DNA from: Octopus bimaculoides
Lineage: Eukaryota
Length of the DNA stretch: 50,546 nucleotides
Direction: 5' to 3'
NCBI RefSeq assembly: GCF_001194135.2
Contig: NC_068992.1
Location: 29,445,304-29,495,849, forward strand
Shown: in pieces, positions 24,335-37,504 of the stretch
How the letters are laid out: the number at the start of each line of letters is the position of its first letter
How positions within the stretch are numbered: position 1 is the stretch's first letter
Position numbers and translations under genes: made by a program
Notes under the pieces: generated by a model
What the model was told of the DNA's origin: nothing
What the model saw: only the letters and a program-made list of their open reading frames with translations
The model's database searches: none

Positions 24335-24418
24335 TGATGATGATGATGATAATAATAATAATGATAATAATAATGATAATAATAATAATAATAATGATAA
24401 TAATAATAATGATAATGA
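24243..24418. repeat. (AAT)n/(GAT)n microsatellite
   Basis: Read directly. Confidence 0.97.
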
Positions 24419-24519
24419 TTTGTTTAACTTGCTACCAGGGTGAAGGATGAGGGGACAATACAATACAGACATAAAGTGTGGGGATTTACATATAACGGAA
24501 TCATAAAATAAAAAATATA

Positions 24520-25306
24520 CACGGTATACATTAGAAGAGAAGTATACATAGTATATGACACTAGAAAAGGATGTGGGGGAGGATGGTGATGGGGAACTCC
24601 CTGATTCAGACGACCTCTAGGGACAATCAAGGAACCCCATCATCAAAGATCACCCTGAGTACCAAGGACGAGAGCTCACTCCAACATCTTTCTTCTCACA
24701 GGTCTACACAGAGTGGTACCATCCACTCTTGCCATTTTTACAACTTTCACTCACTTTTTACTTAATTCGGTTGAGGACAGCACCTTCCTCTTCACCCTCA
24801 CTTTCCTTTTCAAGTAAAACTTCAAAAAGTCGATGAGGTCTTTACCAAGGAGGACAGTTTCTGTCCTCGTTCCTTTCAGCCTCGTCCACCAGACAATCAG
24901 TTTCACCACAGCTACCAAACATAAGAATAATGGTTTGCCATCCCAATTAAAAGATGGCAGCGGGGCAATCATTGTTATGGACTCGGACGACAGACGGATC
25001 TGTCCTACACGAGACAGCAGCTGTTTGACATAACTCCACAAGTCAGCAATTCCTGGATACTAAAGAAGTGCATACAGAACGGTTTCGTCGCTCTGCGAGC
25101 GCCTCAGACAAGCCCGTCTGACAGCGCATCTGGAAATTATCCATAACAGTCCGTAACCGGAAAGTCCTACGGAATAGATTTGCCAGTTCGTTTTTGTCGA
25201 CACTTAGGGTCTCCTCGAGGACATCGTGGCACTTCTCCGCTACTAACCCTCTGTAAATACCTAAAGTGGAACATCCACCGATCCTGTTGCCCGACTTGTA
25301 GAGGAC
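24520..25306 (-). mobile_element. L1/Tx1-clade retrotransposon 3' end (ORF2 C-terminus about 24690-25306 plus 3' UTR)
   Basis: GC-richer block. Minus-strand translation LANLFRRTFRLRTVMDNFQ / ACLRRSQSDETVLYALL*YPGIADLWSYVKQLL...VWWTRLKG...RKVRVKRKVL...K*VKV is a decayed CxxC..ETxxH...CP motif typical of L1/Tx1 ORF2 ends. Confidence 0.8.
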
Positions 25307-25324
25307 AGTAATAATAATGATAAT

Positions 25325-25560
25325 AGTTGTTTCAAATTCTGAACAAAGCCATTAGTTTTTGAGGCTGAGGGGAAGTTGATTACATCGACTTGATTGGTAC
25401 TCATTTTATCGAGGCTGAAATTATGAATGGCAAGGATGAATAAAGGTATTTAAACTGAGAACGTGACACGCTGAAAGAAATCCGACTTGGGGTCGATATA
25501 ATCGACTGCTCCCCTCCTCTCAAACTTTTAGCTTTGTGCGTATATGATGAAAAGATGATG
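25325..25560. mobile_element. Two oppositely oriented fragments of the same SINE family
   Basis: 25338-25392 is imperfectly complementary to 25489-25545. Confidence 0.6.
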
Positions 25561-26471
25561 GTATTATATGGGGGATGATTATGATATGGCGATAAAAACA
25601 AAGAATTTGATACCGTTTACATTATAGCTACTTTTATTGTCATACGGCTTCTGTTCAGTTGTACTTTAAAATTATGAGATAAAGAACAAACGAAAAAAAA
25701 TGCCCTTGGGTAAATCATGAATGTCAAAAATATCAAATCCATCTCACAATTCTCTAAAAATCTAAGTTGTTTTGTCTATACAAGACATATTTTTCTTTGT
25801 ATGCAGAATAAAACACATAGACACACATACATAGAGGATGGTGTCTACTCTCTTTTCTATGAGATATGCCAGGCGCAAGTTTTATTGATTTCTTTTGCAT
25901 TAATAAAATACACATTTATAGAAATATGACAGAAATGTTTTAAACCTTTAAAGTTCAAACATATTGATGTAGATTTATATTTTTCAATTCTCATCTAATC
26001 CATAGAGATCAAATAATATCTTCTTTAATTCTCTAACAACGTGATAAGTTAATGCAATGATTTACATATAAAAAAAGAATACATTGAGCTACCATAGTAG
26101 TGAATAATCCAACTTAAGTCTTTGTGGTGCAATTAATTTCTGTTTATTGTAACTCGGAGATCACAAGAATAGTTGTCACTCTTAACACACACGTGCGGTT
26201 TTGTAATTCATTAAGCTTCCAACAAACAGTGAAATTTTGTTGAAAAATTTATGACTATATTTCAACAATAATTTTTTTAAGAATATATATACACATATAA
26301 TCACACACACGCACACATGTACATATACATACATACGTACACATCTCTCAAACTAGATATCTATGTGTGTATATATATGTAACTTAAAGTGTACATATGG
26401 ATGTATTTCGAAAATCCATCAGAACCAAAGATATAATTTGAGTACACCATGAGAATTTCAATTCGAGTATT

Positions 26472-26642
26472 GATTTCAAATTTTGGCACAAGGCCAGCAA
26501 TTTCGATAGAGTGGTAAGTCACGTACATCGACCCTAGTACTCAACTGGTACTTATTTTATTGACCATGAAAGGGATGAAATGCAATGTCGACCTCGGCGG
26601 CATTTGAACTCAAAATGTAAAGACGGACAGATAGCCGCTAAC
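26472..26642 (-). mobile_element. tRNA-derived SINE (family of 24028)
   Basis: GGCACAAGGCCAGCAATTT...ACATCGACCCTAGTACTCAACTGGTACTTATTTT...GTCGACCTCGGCGGCATTTGAACTC. Confidence 0.8.
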
Positions 26643-27899
26643 CCTTCATTTCAATTCAAATGTTAAAAGTGTTAAGCTAATTCACTTAACATATTCCTAC
26701 ATACATACACACACGCGCGCGCACACACACGCGCACGCGCATACATTCACATACATATAATTTTGTATCTTCAAAGTAGAGAAAATAGAGCCATCTTCTA
26801 TGGTCAGAGTCCAGGTATCGATGATATAGGAACCAAGACAATGCTAGATTACACTTAAACCCTAACTTAAAGACTTTTCACCTTGTGACAAAAGCGGGGA
26901 AGTTTGAAATCCAAGCCATTATAATTCATGATTTGTTAACTTATATTTTGAGAGTAAATATATTTAATTTTACGAAGGTGAGTTCTTATCCATTCATAAG
27001 TTTTCCCTTTTCCTGTAGAGATATGTGACGCTCACATGATTACACGTGTTCTTGTCGAGTCACTATGAGTGACTAGTTACATTTCGATTTCTGTCTGAAG
27101 CATTTCTAAATGTCCTGAGAAAAAGTTTTGCAGTTCAGTGATGAGCTACATGTGCATCATTTCATTCACTTCTTGGTTTGTGTAAAACCAACATCGTGTT
27201 AGTGCATCAAACGGATGAATGTGAAGAAAATAAAGTATAGGACGAAATATAGGATATCCCACTACCTTAAATTCAATTTCTAGAGGACTTCATCAGTGAT
27301 CAGTGCTATGAGAACAAGTATTGTTGGGTAATAAAACAATACCTTTCGACAGTTGTACTCGGTGTTTGCTTCGAATTGCAGTGAGTGCCTTATCACATTG
27401 AACCTTGCAGTGTTTCCCTTTGATTTCCTTACCTGATAATACTCCATTATACATCATCACAAACTTCCTGAAACTGTCAACATCATCTGTGCCGATGGCT
27501 GACTTTTGAAATCACCTGACTGGCGTTTGTAGGTGTTTCCATTCTACACTCTAGGACTTACACTGAAAGTGAGTTAGCTTTTAAAGGCTAGGTCGGCTTT
27601 TCACAACCTGAATACGTTTGTAACAATTGATTTTCATTTCAGAGGTACTTATGATTATTACAGCTCTTTTTGGCTTCGTCTTGGTATCACGTGAAATGTT
27701 ATTTTCCGAATCAACCATCACTCGCTATAACAAAATGAAAGCGTGACGAAGCATGTTCTCATTTTTACTCTGACGTGAAGCAAACAACATTATTGCTTGT
27801 TTTAATAACTAAGTCCCAGAATAACGCTCACCGGAGAATCATTCTAATTGTGAGAATCTTGTTTTTTCTGTGACACAATGCAACTAAATACAGACCCTA

Positions 27900-28420
27900 G
27901 ATGATATCCTATGTTACAGTAATAGGCTATTAATTCTAGAGGACCAAGCAGTCACCTCGTTTCATCGTGCTGCAGATAGGAATGGTGTCGGAGAGTGTAA
28001 TTTGCCACGCAATAATCTCCGATGATTCATTCAGCAAAGAAAGGCAACGGTCATGGCAATTGTAGACCCACAAGATATCGCGATACATTGCAAAATAACA
28101 AATGATACATGAATGTAATTTTTCCCAGCAGGAAATATAATTTGAGATGGGCTGGCATTGAATCTCATATAAACATTGTTTCTCATTCACTTCAGTTCAC
28201 AGAATCTTAAATTTAGCAAGAGACCAATGGACATGGAAACCGTAGAGAAACAAAAGGGAAAACATACATATAATCACACAAATGTATACATGCACATTAC
28301 TGGTGGAACATTCTCATCTAAATTTCTATTCATGGCTAACATAAAAAGCCTGGAGTAATTGTTTGGGATAGAAAGCAAAAATCAAGAGCCACCATGGAGG
28401 TCAACAGCTTGATAAATGTG
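27900..28420 (+). pseudogene. Possible decayed mariner transposase fragment
   Basis: RLLILEDQAVT, IGMVSESVICHAIISDD and VIVWDRK resemble the mariner blocks ELIxEDRRVT, GISxGSVHxII and VFWD, in the right order but across several frames. Confidence 0.35.
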
Positions 28421-28951
28421 ACTCTCACGCAAAGTCAATGAGAAGACACTTTTTATGAATGAATGCTGAGAATACTGCAAAGTATTTGCTCTGCTTAAAA
28501 TTCAGATTTATATCATTGGTTATTGGTGCATTTAGCAATATTCGTAAATGCTTAAGCGGCACACTGGAAAACCTATGTCTTTGATAATATATGTAGTCAA
28601 ACAAACTCGATCTCTACAGTCGTAGTCCGTAAGCGGAAGAGTAAAAATATGCAAGAATTTTCTAAAGTTTCACTTTAACACTTCCCGTTGTTATTATCCA
28701 AATTTTGGCGACAGAACTTTGTTATTAAATTAGAAAACAGCTTCTTCTTAATATGAAGAACTGAAATATTTAAAGATATCAAAAAGCACACGCATACAGG
28801 TTCACGGAAATAGTACTTACATACACATACAGATATATATGTATATATGTATATAGATGTGCATATATTTATGTGTTACACACACATGCACACACAAACA
28901 TATATATATATATGCATACATACCTATGTAAACAAATACTTTATATATGAA

Positions 28952-28982
<31 letters not shown>

Positions 28983-29770
28983 NNNNNNNNNNNNNNNNNN
29001 NNNNNNNNNNNNNNNNNNNNNNNNNNNNNNNNNNNNNNNNNNNNNNNNNNNNNNNNNNNNNNNNNNNNNNNNNNNNNNNNNNNNNNNNNNNNNNNNNNNN
29101 NNNNNNNNNNNNNNNNNNNNNNNNNNNNNNNNNNNNNNNNNNNNNNNNNNNNNNNNNNNNNNNNNNNNNNNNNNNNNNNNNNNNNNNNNNNNNNNNNNNN
29201 NNNNNNNNNNNNNNNNNNNNNNNNNNNNNNNNNNNNNNNNNNNNNNNNNNNNNNNNNNNNNNNNNNNNNNNNNNNNNNNNNNNNNNNNNNNNNNNNNNNN
29301 NNNNNNNNNNNNNNNNNNNNNNNNNNNNNNNNNNNNNNNNNNNNNNNNNNNNNNNNNNNNNNNNNNNNNNNNNNNNNNNNNNNNNNNNNNNNNNNNNNNN
29401 NNNNNNNNNNNNNNNNNNNNNNNNNNNNNNNNNNNNNNNNNNNNNNNNNNNNNNNNNNNNNNNNNNNNNNNNNNNNNNNNNNNNNNNNNNNNNNNNNNNN
29501 NNNNNNNNNNNNNNNNNNNNNNNNNNNNNNNNNNNNNNNNNNNNNNNNNNNNNNNNNNNNNNNNNNNNNNNNNNNNNNNNNNNNNNNNNNNNNNNNNNNN
29601 NNNNNNNNNNNNNNNNNNNNNNNNNNNNNNNNNNNNNNNNNNNNNNNNNNNNNNNNNNNNNNNNNNNNNNNNNNNNNNNNNNNNNNNNNNNNNNNNNNNN
29701 NNNNNNNNNNNNNNNNNNNNNNNNNNNNNNNNNNNNNNNNNNNNNNNNNNNNNNNNNNNNNNNNNNNNNN

Positions 29771-29802
29771 CCACCACCACCACCACCACCACGACGACGA
29801 CG

Positions 29803-29875
<73 letters not shown>

Positions 29876-30034
29876 GTGCTCCTACTATAACAACTAATAA
29901 AACCTCAAGTGTTACACCTCCCCTCTTACCGCGTCCCTGCAGAATTACCTCAAGTCCTTCCATTAATGACAATACCAACACTTCCATCGCCACCACCACC
30001 ACCACTATGATGATGATGACAACAACAAAAACTG

Positions 30035-30077
<43 letters not shown>

Positions 30078-31460
30078 AACTACTACTACAGCAGATTCAT
30101 CCACCACTGCAAAATATTAACCACAATCGAATTCATGAATTTTACAATCAACATCAGTAATACCATAGAGCTCATCATGTTGCTCGTTATAAACGTCAAC
30201 ATCATCACCATCGTTATGATCATGATCCCTCTCATGACTATCAGATCACGATCGTCATTAATGACGACAACATCAACAACAGCAACAGCAACCACAACAA
30301 TTCAACGACAATTAAAATGACTGCCACTATCCCAAGTGTTCAACGTCATAACCGACACTGATATTGTGACACGCACTACCACCACCNNNNNNNNNNNNNN
30401 NNNNNNNNNNNNNNNNNNNNNNNNNNNNNNNNNNNNNNNNNNNNNNNNNNNNNNNNNNNNNNNNNNNNNNNNNNNNNNNNNNNNNNNNNNNNNNNNNNNN
30501 NNNNNNNNNNNNNNNNNNNNNNNNNNNNNNNNNNNNNNNNNNNNNNNNNNNNNNNNNNNNNNNNNNNNNNNNNNNNNNNNNNNNNNNNNNNNNNNNNNNN
30601 NNNNNNNNNNNNNNNNNNNNNNNNNNNNNNNNNNNNNNNNNNNNNNNNNNNNNNNNNNNNNNNNNNNNNNNNNNNNNNNNNNNNNNNNNNNNNNNNNNNN
30701 NNNNNNNNNNNNNNNNNNNNNNNNNNNNNNNNNNNNNNNNNNNNNNNNNNNNNNNNNNNNNNNNNNNNNNNNNNNNNNNNNNNNNNNNNNNNNNNNNNNN
30801 NNNNNNNNNNNNNNNNNNNNNNNNNNNNNNNNNNNNNNNNNNNNNNNNNNNNNNNNNNNNNNNNNNNNNNNNNNNNNNNNNNNNNNNNNNNNNNNNNNNN
30901 NNNNNNNNNNNNNNNNNNNNNNNNNNNNNNNNNNNNNNNNNNNNNNNNNNNNNNNNNNNNNNNNNNNNNNNNNNNNNNNNNNNNNNNNNNNNNNNNNNNN
31001 NNNNNNNNNNNNNNNNNNNNNNNNNNNCACCACGGTATACTCCACCATCATCCAAATGCAGTCACTGCCATAACCACCAGCAATACCACTGCAACCATAG
31101 CAACAACAAACAGCAGCACCACCACCACACCACAATCGACACTGTCACTACACCAACATCACCGCTAAATACTGTGTCGCTACACAGCCACCGCCACCAT
31201 CCTCTACTACCGCTACCACCAGAAGTACTTCGAGTGCCACAAATTTCAACGCCTTCAGCCACTCCAAAAATAACCATCCTTACCAAATCCCAAACACCAC
31301 TCCGTCGCAACACTTGTCTCTCCAAAACAACAATTTCAACCACCGCCACCACCACCACACAAGCCATCTTCACCTGAAACGCCATCACCCCCATCACCAC
31401 ACACGACAATCACGACCATCACCATGACCACTACTGCTATAACCCCCACTACTACTACTG

Positions 31461-31507
<47 letters not shown>

Positions 31508-31830
31508 GGTGCTGCTGCCGCTACTGCTGTTACTGCTGCTGCTACTACAACAACAACAACAACAACAACTACTACTACTACTACTACTACACACCATAAC
31601 CACCACCACCGATATCACTGCCTCCGTTTTATCACCACCACCACCACCACCACCACCACCACAGCAACAACAGCAACTACCATCACTACAACCAAAATCA
31701 TGACTATCAACATGATCACAACCACCACCAGTCCAACACCAAAACATCAACGACCACGACTACTACTGCCACCAATACTCCCCCACTATAACAACTACAC
31801 CACCATCTTTACTGTAAATGCTACAAACAA
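29771..31830. repeat. Long degenerate (ACC/ACT/ACA/CAT)n low-complexity tract with an internal gap
   Basis: A/C-rich triplet periodicity gives Thr-rich and His-rich frames broken by stops. Confidence 0.85.
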
Positions 31831-31949
31831 TGCGTAACGTTCCCATAGTTACGGATTATGATAAATGAAAAACAATAAAAAAATTGGAAAGAAGCGATAT
31901 CGGCAAACAAAATTGTATTGTGCAAAAAAATATTGTTTGGACTTGTTTT

Positions 31950-31950
31950 A

Positions 31951-32018
<68 letters not shown>

Positions 32019-32030
32019 CATTATTATTGA
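31950..32030. repeat. (ATT)n microsatellite
   Basis: Read directly. Confidence 0.97.
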
Positions 32031-33044
32031 TGTTGTTATTTTTCCGAGATAGTAATCTGCTTTATGAAAATATTAAATATCGATTTCTGTTGTCGAAGCA
32101 CAAGGCCAATATTCATGTAGAAGGATGTTACATGTAGCGCATTTATTGACCACAATATATAACTGTTGGTTGGTACACAAAATATTGCAAGATCTGCAAC
32201 ACTGAAGAACCTACCAAAGCTGACAAATCCTCCATGCCTTCTCTCTCCTTTAGATGCACTTTCTTTCACCAGGACGAATTTAATGAACTCGGCTTGCTCA
32301 TCACTTGGAGGACAGTCGCATTGAAAAAGACTTACCATGTGGTGAATTGTCAAATTTTACCCATAGCTGAGGTACAAGGATGTGTACATAACATGAAAGC
32401 AACTCCGAACTGTAGGACGCGGAAGAGTGCAGGTCTCCTCGTACCATGTCAAGGGCGTGGATAAATTAACGCTACTTAATTTTTCATCTGTAGAGCAATG
32501 TAAGGTAAACTGTAGGCCGTTTTAATTTCGAATTATTTTTTCGTATATGTCCCAAAACTTTCTATTAGTTGTCAAATCATCCAAGCAAAAATTGATTTGG
32601 GAATGTGGGATTGTTGTTTGTGAGAACATCTAATCAACAAGTGGTTTGTAAATCTGGGATTGCGGTTTGTGAAAACATCTGAATTAACAAGGGAGTTGCG
32701 AATATGCAATTCATCTAAGCGGCAAGGGATTTGAAATTGTGACACTGAATATTTTTTCTCTGAAATTATCCGAACAATGAATGGTTTGTGAAATAAAGGT
32801 TCTTCAGCAGTATCGAAGTTTGAAAGCTTGGATTATTGCTAATGAAACTAAATGCAATTTTGAGATTTTCGAAATAAGGACAGCATAATATACAGAATAT
32901 ATTTGACAGGAAGAGTCACGATAAAAATGTTTGTACTGCGAATTTGTAGTGTAACGTAAGAAGTGGGGTGTGTATAAGATAAAAACTTAGGATGTGTATA
33001 ATGAAATACGTGAAATTCCTCACTCTAATGTTTCTACCTGCAAA

Positions 33045-33565
33045 GGCAATAGCTCGGTGGTTGGGGTGTCAGGTAAAACGCTAAGTTTGTCTTATGATCA
33101 AAGGGTCATTGATTCGATTTCCGGGATAGGCGGTGTGTTGTTGGCACTCCGTCGCTTACGACGTCGAGGGTTCCAGTTGATCCGATCAACGGAACAGCCT
33201 GCTCGTGAAATTAACCTGCAAGTGGCTGAGCACTCCACAGACACGTGTACCCTTAACGTAGTTCTCGGGAATATTCAGCGTGACACAGTCTGAAAAGGCT
33301 GACCCTTTGAATTACAGGTACAACAGAAACAGTAAGAGAAAGTTGTGGTGGAAGAGCACAGCAGGGTTCGCCACCGTCCCCTGCAGGAGCCTGGTGGAGC
33401 TTTAGGAGTTTTTCGCTCAATAAACACTCACAACGCCCGGTCTGGGAATCGAAACCGCGAGTCCGCTGCCCTAACCACTGGGCCATTGCGCCTCTACGTA
33501 GGTGGTGTGTAGTGTGTTTGTAAAAAGCATTAGGTTTCATGATTCTCCAGTTCACTTCGCTAAAA
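33045..33565 (+). mobile_element. Old tRNA-SINE (family of 40483) split by a younger SINE
   Basis: 33045-33140 and 33513-33565 together align with 40485-40605. Confidence 0.55.
33141..33498 (-). mobile_element. Near full-length tRNA-derived SINE with a 14-bp target-site duplication
   Basis: Head GTAGAGGCGCAATGGCCCAGTGGTTAGGGCAGCGGACTCGCGGTTTCGATTCCC. TSD is TAGGCGGTGTGTTG (33127-40) and TAGGTGGTGTGTAG (33499-512). Confidence 0.9.
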
Positions 33566-35334
33566 ATTTAGTAACAGCCGAGTATTTGTGTAAATTTCTT
33601 TTGATCCAGACGTTGCATCCTGTATATTCTAGATAGTCATGTTGTAGACTGTCTAGCAAAATCATCGTTCATGCGGCCAGTCATACTCGCAAATAAGTGA
33701 AATTTGTGATATGTTTCTCTCAGTAAACTTTACGTGTATTAGTAATTATTCTATTTCATGGGAACTAGTTGAATCCAGGAGATTTAGTTGCTTCGCTGGT
33801 AAGTTATCCAATGATCCGGTTTCGAAATACAATTTAAGTAATTATTCAAAAAATTGAGGACAATTAGAATTAGTATTTACGGGAGATGAATATATTCTCA
33901 TCCACTATATGTCCGATACTTATTCTATTTATTAATGAAGTATGCTCCTTGTTCTAGCATAGAGGAAAGGCTTGTGGCGCTTAGGTATAAGTTGAAGTCT
34001 ACAATAACACTGCGGTAAAGAAGAACTATGGTACAGTAACACTGTAGATAAAAGTGAATTCCAGAGGGTCGACCTGGGATTCGTGTTCAATGCGATACTG
34101 GGAATATGGAGGATAAGAGCGTGAGAGGTGCATAAGTCGTGAGTTTATGAAAGAAGTTACACGAACCCAACCAACTTCGAGTAGCGAAGACACTGCTGCA
34201 GCGGTAGGAATAATGCAAACACAGGAGAAATACAACATATATCTCAGCCATATATTTGTGTATTGGCGAGCGATTGTACAGCACACAGAGAAGATAAAAA
34301 TAAAGTGTTTAAAGAAATGTAACTTTAAAAAACGGTATTTTAATGAAATACCCTATGGTTTTTGTCATTTCAATGCATTAATTTTATATCAATATTTATC
34401 AATAATCATATACTGCCGATTTTTACCTTGCCTTTCATATTTATGAGGATTAAAAAAATATTAATCAAATATTCAGTGGATCGACCTTCACTCCATCTTA
34501 TGTCTGGCATTGTGTCTGTGTCTGAATCAAAGATATTTATCGATATTGATTTCTAAATAAACCAGAACCTCACATATGTGCAATGTTGTATAGTTTAAGG
34601 TAACAGTTCTCAGTGTGCACCTGGTGGATATTAATTCACTACCTGTGCATCATATCGATGAAATGCTAGGGAAAATCACTGCCTTGTAAATTTGTTCACA
34701 GGTAAGAATGTCAGAAATTGACACGAATAAGTTAATTGATAAATATAGAAAAGTTGAATATGTCTAATGAGAGAGTTGTTATGTTTAGAATTTCGTGAGA
34801 GCAGAAGGGAAGTGAAATAGTTTCAGCCGACATTCAACATTCGAATCTAAGTGTATATTGTATATATTTTGCTTTGATGAACATTTCGTATAAGTAATAT
34901 TTTGCTTGATTATGTCTAGTTGTTTAATTAGCACCAAAGATTACAACACCAGAATATTCTTAGTGACTAGTGATGATAAAAATTTCATTCTGAAGAGAAA
35001 ATATGGAATTTTGAATATTTTCGTAGTATCAATATATTCGTAGCATCAATATATTTTAAAAGGAGAATGGAGACATGTGAGACATCCAGCCGTTTAGAGA
35101 AAGATCGGTAAAGTAAACTAAAAATTGAAACCTTCTTGGTGAATCAAGTTATCTCTTACTTTACAAAAAAAAAAAAAAAAAAATGCCTGAAAAATTGCGG
35201 ACATTTTACCAAATCGAGAAAAGTATTTTAAATCGACTGATCTCTTTACACTTTCGACTAGCGCTTCTTACTCTCATTAAAATTATTTGCTTCTATTATG
35301 CATATGGCAAGCAATTTTAAGAGTATGAGGAACA

Positions 35335-35500
35335 GTCAGTCCTATCGACCCACTGTTTGACCATTACTTTAATTTAATGATCTCGAAAGGGTGAAACGTA
35401 AAATTAACCTCGGCGGGTTTCAATTCACAACGTCACGAACCGGAACAAATAACGCACAGCATTTTTCCGACGCTCTAATGCTTTCTGCTAATCCATCACT
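35335..35500 (-). mobile_element. Decayed SINE (family of 24028)
   Basis: ATCGACCC...GAAAGGGTGAAACGTAAAATTAACCTCGGCGGG...AGCATTTTTCCGACGCTCTAATG. Confidence 0.65.
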
Positions 35501-36319
35501 CTCTAATTCTTACTAATGATATGAACAAAGGAGTTATAACATAGGCACAATTGCAAGAATTGGGAGGGATATAGAAGCAGAAGTATCAGTAGTTTCTTGT
35601 ATTTTATTGGGAAAATGTATAGCAATATAAATGAATTAACCAGAGAATGTGCAATATCTCAAACGCATTTTGTGCAACACTTTACCGATTATGTCAACCA
35701 CCTAACCTTAGTCAATAATCATTTCTTATGTAGGCAGACGTCTACGAATTTAGGGACGTGAGAAGAGTTGATTCCGTTTGCTTCCAATTCCTCAGTGATA
35801 CTTTATTTTATAAAGCCAGAAAAGTGCATCGTAGAACTCAGCGAGATTTGAAAACTGAGTATAGAGAAACAGAAAGAAAAACAGCAACAGTATTTTATTG
35901 AATATTCCACCATTTCTGTAAGTACCCCTAGCTTCCTTCGATGATAAGAAACAATAGATGAAGAAAGACATACGAGAAACAATATACATATAACGAAAAG
36001 ACTGGATGTAACGGTAGAGAAAGAAAAGATAAAACTAATTACAGATTGTCAAAACAAAAAAATGATCAGCAACTTAAAACATTGATCCCATAAACAAACT
36101 AAAGTAAAAAAAAATGAAAATAACAAATACAAAGAACAATAAGAAAGCAAACGAAAATATACATTCCGTATCCTATTTATTCTAGAGTTTTGTTGCATTT
36201 CGATGCAAAGTCAATAGAATTAAAATGCTTTGAAACGTAACCAAGAACGCCCCCCCCACAAAATACAGAAAAAGAGATAGATACAGTAATGCAGAAAAGC
36301 GAAGAAATCAAAGCAAAAC

Positions 36320-36411
36320 AAGATGAGAGAGAGGGAGAGAGGGAGAGAGAGAGAGAGGGAGAGGAAGAAAAGAAGAGCAGAAGAATACAGGGTTAAGCAT
36401 AGGATATACAT

Positions 36412-36445
<34 letters not shown>

Positions 36446-37072
36446 GTATATGTGTGTGTGTATGTATGTATTTTTGTAGCAATATTTATGTAGAGTCACA
36501 TATCTGTCTCTATATATAAATATATATTGTTGTGTCTGGGGACAAAGATACACACTTACACACACGTATGCACGCGCACACGCACTACGTGCGCGCTCAC
36601 ACACACATACACCCACCCACACACACATATATATATATTTATATATATATATATATCACAGGAAAATGAAATAATAAGTAAACATGAAGGATGTGTATAA
36701 GATGGAAACAATAGATGATATTGAAGAGAATAGGAAATAAAAAGACAATTGAACAAAAATATATAACATCTTACTCGGTGTCCATCTGTCTATCTATTTC
36801 TTTCTTTCCCCCTCTCTCTCTCCCTCTATCTCTCTATCTGTCTACCTACCTATTATCTCTTTATTTATGTATGTATGTATGTATGTATGTATGTATGTAT
36901 GTATGTATGTATGTATCTATCTATCTATCTATCTATCTATCTACTTTTCTATCTATTTAACTTTCAATGTATATATCAGATTACCACGAGTATCTATTTT
37001 CAATCTAATGATTTGTCATTTTTACATTAGCTATCATTACAATGTGTCTGTCTGTCTGTCTGTCTGTCTGTA

Positions 37073-37113
<41 letters not shown>

Positions 37114-37130
37114 GTCTCTCTGTCTCTGTC

Positions 37131-37189
<59 letters not shown>

Positions 37190-37200
37190 TTATCCATCTA
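36320..37200. repeat. Cluster of (GA), (TA), (CA), (TATG), (TCTA), (TCTG) and (CT) microsatellites
   Basis: Read directly. Confidence 0.92.
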
Positions 37201-37504
37201 TTCAGTTATACTAACCTCTCTATACATGTACTTGACTTGTGTTGCAGAATCTGTGTTCCTACCGTTTATATCTCTCTGTATTTAAGTCTACCTGCCATGG
37301 ATATGGAAGAGCACAGACAACTTGACCTCTGACGTTGTTTGACCCCCAAGTCAGATATGATTGAGCATATGTATTTGTTACTGGCATACGACTTTGGAAA
37401 CGAACCCACTCTCTGACAAGGACATATACTCCAACACAGTTGGTTATAGGTCCTTTATAGACGTAACAAAATTACACACACGCACGCACACACAGACACA
37501 TATT

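Noticed and set aside
27285-27305. Other CTGATGA matches (27290 minus strand, 14399, 43994) as hammerheads
   Set aside because: No compatible stem II, GAAA and stem I arrangement can be built.
27643-27745. Plus-strand terminal exon VLMIITALFGFVLVSREMLF...
   Set aside because: It is short, unrecognised and next to a probable mariner relic, with no independent support.
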